Source: Lachnospiraceae bacterium
GTDB lineage: Bacteria; Bacillota; Clostridia; Lachnospirales; Lachnospiraceae
Assembly (NCBI GenBank): GCA_017548765.1
Contig: JAFYZH010000057.1
Location: 50,673 to 114,672 of the forward strand
Direction of reading: 5' to 3'
Length of the DNA: 64,000 nucleotides
The notes below the pieces were generated by a model, which was given only the letters and a program-made list of their open reading frames with translations, did no database searches and was not told the DNA's origin. The stretch's first letter is position 1, and every line of letters starts with the position of its first letter. Below, piece by piece: positions 36,800 through 46,361 of the stretch. The position numbers and the translations under genes were made by a program.

Positions 36800-37331
36800 G
36801 ACAGCATTAAATGAAATGATCGCGGATTGCGCGAAGACACAGAAGAAGGGACTGCCGTTCATGGCAGCATCGGTGATCCTCTGGCTGGGGATCGGAATAG
36901 TTCAGCTTACGAGCCTGGAGATCGGGTTGCGGAACCTCATCACGTTCTGCGTTTCCCCGTTGCTCATGCCGCTCGCACTGTTGTTTGCACACTTCATGCA
37001 TGTGAAGATCGCAGATAAGACGAACCCGCTGAGTAAGGCCGGCTTCCTGTTCACCCTGAACCAACTCCTCTACCTCCTCATCGTAATGTGGGTGTACTCG
37101 GAGCGCCCGGAAGGCATGGTCATGGCCTTCGCCATCGTGCATGCAGCACACATGCTTCCGTTTAGCTGGCTGTACCGCTCGATCAGCTACCGCATCGCCG
37201 CTATCGCAGGCGCAGCCATCGCGCTGATCCTCGGCATCCTCACAACGCCTGCGGTTGTAGCATTTTTCGTATTCGGCATGCAGATCGCCCTCGTGATCAG
37301 CCTGAGCCGCGAAGTAAAGAGCGAAGCGTAA
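36771..37331 (+). CDS. membrane protein, unknown function
   Basis: AAGGAG RBS before ATG 36771. About five TM helices. Confidence 0.5.
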   Translation: MRTINKEYHETALNEMIADCAKTQKKGLPFMAASVILWLGIGIVQLTSLEIGLRNLITFCVSPLLMPLALLFAHFMHVKIADKTNPLSKAGFLFTLNQLLYLLIVMWVYSERPEGMVMAFAIVHAAHMLPFSWLYRSISYRIAAIAGAAIALILGILTTPAVVAFFVFGMQIALVISLSREVKSEA

Positions 37332-37358
37332 GGGATTGCTTGATATATAGTTTATTTA

Positions 37359-37402
37359 CGGAAACCGCCGGATGTGTGACATCCGGGCGGTTTCCGCTTT
37401 TC
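37359..37402 (+). terminator. rho-independent terminator
   Basis: CGGAAACCGCCGGATGT pairs with ACATCCGGGCGGTTTCCG (one bulge), followed by CTTTTCT. Confidence 0.7.
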
Positions 37403-37408
37403 TATGCA

Positions 37409-37768
37409 GTTTGCCAGGGTGGCGGCCACCAAAGTAGGCTGAAACAGAGCTTTTGGTTGCTTTTTTAAGTTTCCTGGAGGCAGTTTGCTGGGCTTGCGGC
37501 CACCAAAGTAGGCTGAAACAGAGCTTTTGGTTGCTTTTTTAAGTTTCCAGGAGGCGGTTTGCCAGGGTGGCGGCCACCAAAGCACGCCGAAACGTAGCTT
37601 TTGGTTGCTAATTTAAGCTTCCGGGAGGCGGTTTGCCAGGGTGGCGGCCACCAAAGCAGGCTGAAACAGAGCTTTTGGTTGCTAATTTAAGTTTCCGGGA
37701 GGCGGTTTGCCAGGCTTGCGGCCACCAAAGCAGGCTGAAACAGCATGTTTGGTTGCTTTTTAAGGCTT
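37409..37768. repeat. tandem hairpin array C: 5 units, period exactly 74 bp
   Basis: GGCCACC anchors at 37424, 37498, 37572, 37646 and 37720. Each unit has ACCAAAG, about 14 nt, then CTTTTGGT, and a GGAGGC(G/A)GTTTGC segment. Lies between two convergent terminators. Confidence 0.85.
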
Positions 37769-37800
37769 CAAAAAATCCCGGGACCGAATGTCCCGGGATT
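37769..37800 (-). terminator. rho-independent terminator of the ABC exporter operon
   Basis: AATCCCGGGAC pairs with GTCCCGGGATT. TTTTTT follows on the minus strand. Confidence 0.7.
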
Positions 37801-37829
37801 GCTTATATACATTTACAAAACGGCGTTTA

Positions 37830-39611
37830 TTATGCAGTCTCAAACTGGCTGTTGTACAGTTCTGCGTATGCTCCGCCGAGTTCCATGAGGCTTTCGTGAG
37901 TGCCCTGCTCGACGATATCGCCTTTCTGCATCACGAGGATCAGGTCGGCGTTGCGGATCGTCGAAAGACGATGCGCGATGACGAACGAGGTACGAGACGC
38001 CATCAGGTTATCCATTGCCCGCTGAACCAGCATCTCGGTACGGGTATCGATGGAGCTGGTCGCCTCATCCAGGATGAGCATCGGGTTGTTCTGAAGCATG
38101 GCCCGTGCGATGGTGAGCAACTGCTTCTGGCCGACGGAGATGTCGGAGTTCGCAGTGAGAACGGTATCAAACTTCTGCGGCAGCGTCTCTACGAAGTGGT
38201 AGAGGCCGCAAGCCTTGCAGACCTTTACGAGGTCATCGTCCGTAACACCCTCCATGTTGTAGACCAGGTTCTCGCGAACCGTGCCTTCAAACATCCAGGT
38301 GTCCTGAAGCACCATGCCGAACTGGCGGTGGATCTCCTCACGGGAAACGTCCGTGATCGGAATGCCGTCAATGCGGATCTGACCGCCCGTGACTTCATGG
38401 AAGCGCATGAGCAGGTTGACGATGGTGGTCTTGCCGGCGCCGGTCGGGCCGACGATGGCGATCTTCTGACCGGCTTTTACCGAAGCGGAGAAATCGTGGA
38501 TGACTTCCTTCTCCGGACGGTCCGGATATGCAAACTTTACGTGGTCGAACTCGACAGCGCCGACGCCCGGAAGGGCATCTGTCTTCTCGCTCTCGTTCGG
38601 CAGTTCCTCCTCATCGAGGAAGGCAAATACACGCTCGGAAGCCGCGGCTGCGGACTGCAGGTTCGTGATGTTCTGCGAGATCTGACGAAGCGGACCTTCG
38701 AACAGACGAACGTAGATGATGAACGATGTGATGACACCGAAGGTGATCATGCCGTTGTAGAGAAGCAGGGCGCCTGCGACCCAAACGCAAACATAGCCGA
38801 GATTACCCACGAAGTTCATAACGGGCGGCATCAGGCCGGACAGGAACTGCGATTTGAAGTTCGCGGTGCGGACTGCATCGTTGAGCTTCACAAAACGCTC
38901 CTTAACGGACTGCTCGGCGTTGGAGATACGGATCACGTCGTGACCATTATACATCTCCTCGATGTAGCCGTTGAGCTGGCCCAGGGAAACCTGGCGCATC
39001 TTGAAGTAGCGCTGGGAGTGCTTAACTACGACGATCATGAAGAACAGACCAAGCAGGGTAGAAGCAACGGTAACGCCCGCCAGGATCCAGTTGGTGATGA
39101 TCATCATGACCAGACAGCCTGCGAACTGGGCGAATGCTGAAATGATCGAGGTCAATGAGTTCGCCAGCGACTGGCTGACCAGATCGACATCGTTCGTCGC
39201 GCGGGACAGAACGTCGCCGTACGAATGGGTTGCAAAATACTTCAGCGGCAGACGCGCGATCTTCGCATTGATCTTACTACGAAGCGTCTTCGCGATGTTC
39301 TGCGTCATGCTTGCCATGAGCAGGCCCTGCGCCAGACTGAAGAGAGCACTGAGAATGTACAGGAAACCGATGAAGTAGGCGATGCCGAGCACGGCGTCCA
39401 TATCGATCGACGTTTCCAGACCCTTTGTGATCTCATCGGTGATCCTGCCGAGTTGGTTCGGACCGACGATCATGAGGATGGTCGAGCCGATGGAAAGAAT
39501 GACTACAATGATAAACGGAAGCATGGAACTTGAAGCGTAAGAGAGTGTTTCCTTCACCGCCTTTTTAAAGTTCTTCGGCTTCTCCGGAATACGGTCCATC
39601 ATAGGTGGCAT
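37830..39611 (-). CDS. ABC exporter half-transporter (TMD-NBD fusion)
   Basis: Walker A GPTGAGKTT, signature ISVGQKQL, Walker B ILDEATSSID. AAGGAGG RBS. Confidence 0.85.
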   Translation of the reverse strand: MPPMMDRIPEKPKNFKKAVKETLSYASSSMLPFIIVVILSIGSTILMIVGPNQLGRITDEITKGLETSIDMDAVLGIAYFIGFLYILSALFSLAQGLLMASMTQNIAKTLRSKINAKIARLPLKYFATHSYGDVLSRATNDVDLVSQSLANSLTSIISAFAQFAGCLVMMIITNWILAGVTVASTLLGLFFMIVVVKHSQRYFKMRQVSLGQLNGYIEEMYNGHDVIRISNAEQSVKERFVKLNDAVRTANFKSQFLSGLMPPVMNFVGNLGYVCVWVAGALLLYNGMITFGVITSFIIYVRLFEGPLRQISQNITNLQSAAAASERVFAFLDEEELPNESEKTDALPGVGAVEFDHVKFAYPDRPEKEVIHDFSASVKAGQKIAIVGPTGAGKTTIVNLLMRFHEVTGGQIRIDGIPITDVSREEIHRQFGMVLQDTWMFEGTVRENLVYNMEGVTDDDLVKVCKACGLYHFVETLPQKFDTVLTANSDISVGQKQLLTIARAMLQNNPMLILDEATSSIDTRTEMLVQRAMDNLMASRTSFVIAHRLSTIRNADLILVMQKGDIVEQGTHESLMELGGAYAELYNSQFETA

Positions 39612-39623
39612 ACGATCACCTCC

Positions 39624-41468
39624 TTACGCTTCCAGCTCAGCTTCGGTGAGCTGAGACTGGGCTATTTCACGATAAACATCGCAGGACTTAAGCAGTTCGC
39701 GGTGCGTTCCTTTTCCTACGATCTCGCCGTCTGCCAGCACGAGGATGCAGTCGGCGTTCTTTATGGTACCGATACGGCTGGCTACGATCACGCAGGTCGT
39801 ATCCTTAAGCTTCTCGGCGATCTCCTTACGGAGCAGACGGTCGGTCTTGAAGTCCAACGCGGAAAATGAATCGTCGAAGAGCAGGATCTCGGGCTTCTTC
39901 GCAATGGCACGCGCGATCGCGAGACGCTGCTTCTGGCCGCCGGAGATATTGCTTCCTCCCTGCGATACCGCGAAGTCGAGGCCGCCTTCCTTCTTCATAA
40001 CGAACTCGGTCGCCTGCGCGATATCCAGAGCCGCCATGACATCTTCTTCGGAGATCTTCGCATGACGGTCGCCGAAGGTTACATTGTCCCGGATGGTATC
40101 CGCAAACAGGGTCGCCTTCTGCGGGATCAGTCCGACTTTCTTATATAAGACTTCAAAAGGATAATCTTTTACGTTGTGTCCGTCGATGAGGACCTCACCC
40201 TCGGTAGCGTCATAGAGACGGGCAGCCAGGTTCAGGAGGGTACTCTTACCGGAACCGGTGGAACCGATGATAGCCAGCGTCTGACCTTGCGTAACCTGGA
40301 AGTTCAGGTTTTTCATGAAGTTCTCGTTGCTTCCCGGGAAATGGAAGGACACATTCTTAAACTCGATGGTTCCGATCGGATCGGCAGCAGACTCAACTGC
40401 GCCCTCGATCTCTTTATCGTTCGGAACGTAAGCATTGCCGCTCTGCACGGAGATCTGCTCATCCAGGACCTCACGGATACGCTTCGCGGAAACCTGCGCA
40501 CGCGGCAGGATCATGAAGATCATGGTGAGCATCATGAAACTCATAACGACCATCATCGCGTAGCTTCCGAATACGACGAGATCGGCAAAAAAATCAGCGC
40601 GCGTATCCTTGAGCACTTCAACCGTGTTGATCAGCTCGCCGGTCGGAGACGTATCGCCGAGGTTGATGCCATTGACGATGATCGCACCGATGTAATAGAT
40701 CACGAGCTGGATGCTGCTCATTACGAGGCCGATGATCGGTCCCATAAAGGACATGGTCCGCATGGTGAACAGGTTCGTTGCGGTAAGGTTTAAGTTTACA
40801 CGTTCGAATTTGTTCTGCTGGTATTCGTCCGCATTGAAGGCGCGAACGACTTTGAGACCGGTCAGGCTTTCGTCGATCACACGATTGACGTCGTCCACCT
40901 GCCGCTGGATGATCCGGAATTTCGGAATGACGAAGCGCATAACGGTTGTGATGGTGATGGCCAGAATGAGAACTGCCACAGCTACCACGATGGAGAGCGA
41001 AGTGCTCTTACCGAGGATGCGCACAACGGCCCAAACGGCCGTGATGGGAGCCTTTACCATGACCTGCAGACCCATCGAGATCACCATCTGGATCTGGGTG
41101 ATATCGTTTGTCGTACGGGTGATAAGACTCGCGGGCGAGAAATGTTTCATCTCTGCGGTGCCGAAGTCCGAGATCTTATTAAACAGGGACGCACGCACCG
41201 TGTAACTGAAGTTCGCCGCGATCCGGGCGGCGAGATAGCCGACCGTAATGGACAGCGCTACGCTGCCGGCGGCACACAAAAGCATCCACATACCGGAAAC
41301 CAGAATATCTCCCGTGAGGTTTTCCTCTGTGGATGCCAATTTTTTAACGACTTCTGCCATGAAGTCGGGTAGCTCGATGTCCAGCCAGACTTGGCCTGCA
41401 ACGAGCGCCAGGCAGAGAAGAGCGGTCAGCTTATCTCGTCCCGGCAGTTGTTTGATTATTTTGATCAT
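39624..41468 (-). CDS. ABC exporter half-transporter (TMD-NBD fusion), partner of the downstream gene
   Basis: Walker A GSTGSGKST, signature ISGGQKQR, Walker B LFDDSFSALD. Confidence 0.85.
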   Translation of the reverse strand: MIKIIKQLPGRDKLTALLCLALVAGQVWLDIELPDFMAEVVKKLASTEENLTGDILVSGMWMLLCAAGSVALSITVGYLAARIAANFSYTVRASLFNKISDFGTAEMKHFSPASLITRTTNDITQIQMVISMGLQVMVKAPITAVWAVVRILGKSTSLSIVVAVAVLILAITITTVMRFVIPKFRIIQRQVDDVNRVIDESLTGLKVVRAFNADEYQQNKFERVNLNLTATNLFTMRTMSFMGPIIGLVMSSIQLVIYYIGAIIVNGINLGDTSPTGELINTVEVLKDTRADFFADLVVFGSYAMMVVMSFMMLTMIFMILPRAQVSAKRIREVLDEQISVQSGNAYVPNDKEIEGAVESAADPIGTIEFKNVSFHFPGSNENFMKNLNFQVTQGQTLAIIGSTGSGKSTLLNLAARLYDATEGEVLIDGHNVKDYPFEVLYKKVGLIPQKATLFADTIRDNVTFGDRHAKISEEDVMAALDIAQATEFVMKKEGGLDFAVSQGGSNISGGQKQRLAIARAIAKKPEILLFDDSFSALDFKTDRLLRKEIAEKLKDTTCVIVASRIGTIKNADCILVLADGEIVGKGTHRELLKSCDVYREIAQSQLTEAELEA

Positions 41469-41538
41469 ACTACCTCCGAAACGCCCCCCAAGCTATGGAG
41501 ACGTCTTCATCTTTTTCGAATGAATATATACAGGGAAA

Positions 41539-41567
41539 ATTATAGTCTCATTTTCGAAAAAAGTCAA
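41539..41567 (-). promoter_or_regulatory. sigma-70-type promoter of the ABC exporter pair
   Basis: The minus strand reads TTGACT (41567-41562), 17 nt, TATAAT (41544-41539). TTTTCGAA direct repeats flank it. Confidence 0.5.
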
Positions 41568-41594
41568 GGAGGAGCGAGTTTTTGATCACTCTTT

Positions 41595-43913
41595 TTATGG
41601 CTTCGGGGTGCCGCAGTCAGGGCAGAATTTGGCAGTAGTGAAGCGACCGCACGAGCACTGCCAGATATCGGCCGGGCGGAACGCACCACAGGTCATGCAG
41701 AATTTGCCGCGGTTATCTGCACTGCATCCGCAGGAAGGGCATGTCCACGTGCTGCCATCCGAGACGAGGTTTTCCGGTTTGGGCTGCTGTGAGCCGGGAC
41801 CGTCGACCATGTTCAGCGTCGGATCCGACGTCGGTTGCGGTTGTTGGTTCATCTGCTGCATCATAAGATTCATCATGGGTCCGCCCATGCCGGGGAAACC
41901 AGTCATCGGCGTCTTATTCATCGGGCGGTCCGTCGGATCTACATAATGAAATCCGCTGCCGCCCGTATTCGGCTGAAGCAGGCCGGCCTTAATGGCGAAA
42001 TTTGTCGTTTCTCTATGCTTCGCCTCCTCGCGGGCTGCATTTACGCGCTCCAGGTCGACATCGTGCAGGAGCAGACGCAGCGCATCCTGTTTATCACCTG
42101 CGAGAGCAATGTATTTATCATCGGTCAGCATATCCAGAAGGAAGGCATAATCGTCGTCATCGAGTTTGTCGGATTTGCGCAGGACTTCCGATACGCAGTA
42201 GAGCAGATATGCGCGTTTGCTGTTATCGGTCGCCTTCGGTTCGAGCGGGATGATCTCAGAGACCTCTTCGGATATCTCGCTGAGCGGGGCTTTGAAGCGC
42301 ACGCTGACGGTGCCGAGCTCCTCGTAGTCGTTCGGCATCAGACGCTGGTACTTCAGTTTTTCCGTGGGTTCTTCGACCGCATTGCCCATGGTGAGTTCGT
42401 AGAGGGCCACGCCATGGCCGCCGCTGCCGTAAGGCTCGGAGATGACGGCGTCGTTGCGGAAATCTTCGTGATTCAGGGCCCGGTTCTCGTAGCCCAGAAG
42501 GCGGTATTTCTTCACGTATTTCGGGTTGAACTCGACCTGCGCCTTCACGTCTTTTGCCACGATGTTCGTGAGGCTCACGAACTTGCGGTCAATGCTTTCC
42601 TTTACGTCTTCGATGTCGTTTACCACGCAGTAGGTTCCGTTGCCGTGCTTACTCAAAACTTCGAGCTTGTCGTCCTGATAGTTGTACAGGCCCGTGCCGA
42701 TCACCGACAGGAACATGCCCGTCTTTTTCTTTTCTTCGATCAGGTTTTTGAGCCCGTTTTTCGAGTTGATGCCGAAGTTTAGGTCGCCGTCCGTGATCAG
42801 GATGACCTGGTTGTTCCAGCCGTCCCGGTATGTTTTTTCGCCGATGGCGTAAGCAGTCTCGATGCCGGCGGAGCCGTTGGTAGAGCCCTCGATCCAGACG
42901 GTCAGGATGTCACCCATGATGTCCTCCAGATCGCCGCGGCCGCTGACCACATGGTTCGAGAAGATCGTATGGTCCTCGGTGCTGTAGGTGATCAGACTCA
43001 GGACGTCGCCTTCCTTTAGCTTCGAAACGATCGTGGCCAGCGACTCGAGCGTGGTAACTTCCGTCGCGGTCATGCTGCCCGAAGCGTCCAGAAGGAGGAC
43101 GATATTTTGATGCTCCTTCGGCGTGTCGTCTGCCTCGACATTGATATACAGAAGTTTCTTGTTTTTGCCTTTATCCATAAGCTCGGAGTTGATCTTAAAC
43201 CGGGCTTTTTTCTCTGCATTTGCCGCCTTATGATCGTAATCGAAGTAGTTCAGGATCTCCTCGATGCGGACTTGGGAAATGTCGATCGCCCGGCCGGTGC
43301 GGCGCTGGTTCAGCAGGATGCCGACCGAGGCTGTGCTCGTGGTCATCCGAAAGGTAGAAGTCGGGGCTGTAAGCACGGACTTGGCATCTTTTTCCTCGAT
43401 GAGTTCGTAAGAATCCGTGGCGAGTTTTTCCGGATCGATCGGTATGCCGGGAACCGGCATGGAGGCTTGTGCCATGGAAGCACCGGCCAGTGTGGCACCG
43501 GCGGAAAACATGGCGTTGCTCATCATCATGCCGCCGCAAAACGCCGCCGGCATGCCCATGCCTGCAGGGGCGTAGGCAGCGGTAGCGCCACCGAAAGAGG
43601 CCCCGCGAAGATCCGCCGGCCTCAGGAACGGTTCGGCTTCCTTCCGGAGCTCGTCCGGAAGTTCCGAAAAATGTTCTCTTACATAATCGCGGATCGATGA
43701 GGATGAATAGTTCGGGAACTCCGTGAGCCAGTCATAGATCCGGTCCAGACGGTTTTCCCGCGGGAAGAGCGAAGCCAGGCAGGCGGTGCTGAGGTCTCCG
43801 TAGGTCAGGATCGCCAGGACGGTAGCGGCCTTTTCGCCGTAGCCCAGCGACAGAAAATACTCATATTTTTCCAGGTTTAACAGGTTGTCGTTGATCTCAA
43901 CTTTGAAATCCAT
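41595..43913 (-). CDS. von Willebrand factor A domain protein with C-terminal double zinc ribbon
   Basis: 772 aa. MIDAS-like VLLLDASGSM. The C-terminus WTCPSCGCS...CMTCG...WQCSCG...CPDCG gives two zinc ribbons, preceded by a Met/Gly/Pro-rich linker. Confidence 0.65.
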   Translation of the reverse strand: MDFKVEINDNLLNLEKYEYFLSLGYGEKAATVLAILTYGDLSTACLASLFPRENRLDRIYDWLTEFPNYSSSSIRDYVREHFSELPDELRKEAEPFLRPADLRGASFGGATAAYAPAGMGMPAAFCGGMMMSNAMFSAGATLAGASMAQASMPVPGIPIDPEKLATDSYELIEEKDAKSVLTAPTSTFRMTTSTASVGILLNQRRTGRAIDISQVRIEEILNYFDYDHKAANAEKKARFKINSELMDKGKNKKLLYINVEADDTPKEHQNIVLLLDASGSMTATEVTTLESLATIVSKLKEGDVLSLITYSTEDHTIFSNHVVSGRGDLEDIMGDILTVWIEGSTNGSAGIETAYAIGEKTYRDGWNNQVILITDGDLNFGINSKNGLKNLIEEKKKTGMFLSVIGTGLYNYQDDKLEVLSKHGNGTYCVVNDIEDVKESIDRKFVSLTNIVAKDVKAQVEFNPKYVKKYRLLGYENRALNHEDFRNDAVISEPYGSGGHGVALYELTMGNAVEEPTEKLKYQRLMPNDYEELGTVSVRFKAPLSEISEEVSEIIPLEPKATDNSKRAYLLYCVSEVLRKSDKLDDDDYAFLLDMLTDDKYIALAGDKQDALRLLLHDVDLERVNAAREEAKHRETTNFAIKAGLLQPNTGGSGFHYVDPTDRPMNKTPMTGFPGMGGPMMNLMMQQMNQQPQPTSDPTLNMVDGPGSQQPKPENLVSDGSTWTCPSCGCSADNRGKFCMTCGAFRPADIWQCSCGRFTTAKFCPDCGTPKP

Positions 43914-44010
43914 ATATACATTCCTCCTACGTGCTAAGGATAAGATAGTATTATTTTATCATAGGGGAGAGAAGGCTTCAATAGACAAATTCCTCAGAGC
44001 GGTTTTTTGC

Positions 44011-44039
44011 TTGCATTTTCCGCCTGTTTTTTATATACT
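44011..44039 (+). promoter_or_regulatory. sigma-70-type promoter of the two-component operon
   Basis: TTGCAT (44011-44016), 17 nt, TATACT (44034-44039). Confidence 0.5.
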
Positions 44040-44170
44040 GTTATATGGAAAGGTGTGCGCTGCAAAAGGAGGGGCACGGGGGTATGATTCGCCCTGCGGC
44101 GCGGTGGATACGGGGAGGCTTCGCCAACAGATCAAGGGGCCGAAACCGTTGTTTCTAAAAGGGGGATGTT

Positions 44171-45661
44171 ATGAAGTTTCGATACCGACTCATGCTCAGT
44201 TGCCTGATCATGGTAATATTGCCGGTCTGTCTGATCGTAGCACTGGGTATGTTTTTCTTCAACACACAGCGCGCCCGCTTCGAGGTCGCGTATAACCGGG
44301 GGCTGGGCGGCGACGTAAGTGCGGCCGCGGTCTCCAGTATCTGCGAGATGGCCGGAAAGGTCGTCTCCCGCGAGATCGAAGTGGAGCCGACGCGGTTTCG
44401 CGGCACCTCGCGTTGCGAAGCGTATAACGATTACCTGATGAATTCGATGAACTGCTTCCTGATCGTTTTCGATGCAGACAGAAGCTATTGCGGTGACTCG
44501 GTCTCCACCGAATTCATCAATAAACTGCGGATGATCACGAAGATGGACAGCGTCCAGTATTCTTCGGATGAGGACATCTTTTACATGCTCGTAAATTCCG
44601 ATCCCGACAGTCAGGTGGAGAGCGGAAGAGTATTCGTTGCGACGTTCGCGGATCATGATATTCCGGCGTTCCGGAATTTCATCATATTGTTTATCTCGTG
44701 TGCGATCCTGATCCTGTTCCTGACGGCGATCCTGATCATCACGGGCTTCTCCAAATCGATCCTCAACCCGATCCGCGCGGTGCAGAAAGCATCCCGTAAG
44801 GTTCGGGACGGCGACTACGATTATGAACTTAACATCAAGGACCGCGAGTTTGAACCGCTTTGTGAGGACTTCAATCAGATGCGCCTGCGCCTGAAGGAGT
44901 CGGAGAAGATAAAGGCGGAGGCGGACCGCGAAAACCAGGAACTGATCAGCAACATCGGCCACGATCTGAAGACACCGCTGACGGCGATCAAAGGATATGT
45001 GGAGGGCTTGCTGGATAATATAGCCGACACGCCGGAGCAGAGGGAACGGTACCTGAACACGATCCTGAATAAGACGAACGATATGCAGCGTCTGATCGAC
45101 GAATTGTGTTTCTACTCACGCATTGACACCAACCGCGTGATCTACCATTTTCTGCCGATCCCGGTCGCGGATTTCTTCCGTGATTTCGCGGACGAGACGG
45201 AGTTGGATCTTACGTCGCGGGGCATGAAGTTGGAGTTTTCCTGCGAGGTAGAGGACGACGTTTTGGTGAAGGCGGACCCCGAGCAGCTTCGACGGGTCGT
45301 GGATAATATTATCGGAAACAGTGTAAAATACATGGATAAGCCGGAAGGCGAGGGCGCCGTCGGTATCCACCTCTGGGCAGACGAGAAGACAGTCTACACG
45401 GAGCTTAGAGATAACGGCCCGGGTATCAGTGAAGATGCATTGCCCTACATTTTCGACCGGTTCTACCGGGCGGATGCGGCACGTAACCAAAACCAGGCAG
45501 GCAGCGGGATCGGTCTTTCGATCGTTCAGAAGATCGTAGAAGACCACGGCGGTACGGTCTATGCGACCAGCAAACCGGGGGAAGGAACGACGATCACGAT
45601 CGAACTGGCCATTTACGAAGAGGAAGAGGAAAGCGAAGATGAAAAAGATATTGATCGTTGA
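44171..45661 (+). CDS. sensor histidine kinase (HAMP-HisKA-HATPase)
   Basis: Two TM helices, H-box SNIGHDLKTPLTAIKGY, N/G boxes (DNIIGNSVKY, RDNGPGI, GSGIGLSIV). Confidence 0.85.
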   Translation: MKFRYRLMLSCLIMVILPVCLIVALGMFFFNTQRARFEVAYNRGLGGDVSAAAVSSICEMAGKVVSREIEVEPTRFRGTSRCEAYNDYLMNSMNCFLIVFDADRSYCGDSVSTEFINKLRMITKMDSVQYSSDEDIFYMLVNSDPDSQVESGRVFVATFADHDIPAFRNFIILFISCAILILFLTAILIITGFSKSILNPIRAVQKASRKVRDGDYDYELNIKDREFEPLCEDFNQMRLRLKESEKIKAEADRENQELISNIGHDLKTPLTAIKGYVEGLLDNIADTPEQRERYLNTILNKTNDMQRLIDELCFYSRIDTNRVIYHFLPIPVADFFRDFADETELDLTSRGMKLEFSCEVEDDVLVKADPEQLRRVVDNIIGNSVKYMDKPEGEGAVGIHLWADEKTVYTELRDNGPGISEDALPYIFDRFYRADAARNQNQAGSGIGLSIVQKIVEDHGGTVYATSKPGEGTTITIELAIYEEEEESEDEKDIDR

Positions 45662-46334
45662 AGATGAGCTAAGCATTGCCCAGCTGGAGCGCGATTATCT
45701 CCAGGTCAGCGGCTATGAAGTCGAGGTCGCTACGGAAGGCGACAAAGGTCTGCAACTCGTTATGCACGAGTCCTACGACCTCGTGATCCTGGATCTGATG
45801 CTTCCGGGCGTGGACGGATACGAGATCTGCCGCCGCCTGCGCAGCATTTCGGAGGTTCCCGTTATCGTGGTCTCCGCGAAGAAAGAGGACTCGGATAAGA
45901 TCCGCGTCTTCGGTCTCGGTGCGGATGATTTCATGACGAAACCGTTCTCTCCGAGCGAACTGGTGGCCCGTGTTAATGCGCACATGAGCCGCTATGACCG
46001 TCTGGTCAATGCGGCGAAGGACCGCAGAAACGAGGACATCCTCGAAGTCCGTGATCTGTCGTTCGACCGCGCGGCGCGCCGCGTGATGCTCTACGGAAAA
46101 GAGATCACGCTGACACAGAAGGAGTACGACCTCCTGCTGTTTTTGGCAGAGCATCCGAACACGGTATTTACGAAAGAAGATCTGTTCCGGAATATCTGGG
46201 GCTTCGAAGTGGTCGGCGACACGGCGACCGTAACGGTGCACGTGAAGAAGATCCGCGAGAAGATCGAGATCGACCCCACGAAGCCGAAATACATCGAGAC
46301 CATCTGGGGGGTCGGCTACCGTTTCCATCGGTAG
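45639..46334 (+). CDS. OmpR-family response regulator
   Basis: MKKILIVEDE...DLVILDLMLPGVDG receiver domain and a winged-helix C-terminus (IETIWGVGYRF). 23-nt overlap with the kinase gene. Confidence 0.85.
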   Translation: MKKILIVEDELSIAQLERDYLQVSGYEVEVATEGDKGLQLVMHESYDLVILDLMLPGVDGYEICRRLRSISEVPVIVVSAKKEDSDKIRVFGLGADDFMTKPFSPSELVARVNAHMSRYDRLVNAAKDRRNEDILEVRDLSFDRAARRVMLYGKEITLTQKEYDLLLFLAEHPNTVFTKEDLFRNIWGFEVVGDTATVTVHVKKIREKIEIDPTKPKYIETIWGVGYRFHR

Positions 46335-46361
46335 AGTAAGTTTTAAGGAGTTATAAGCAAC

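Noticed and set aside
37352-37899. ORFs across array C (37352-37585 minus, 37633-37899 plus)
   Set aside because: The 74-bp period shifts the frame in every unit, so the repeats are not translated consistently. The ORFs begin or end in terminators.
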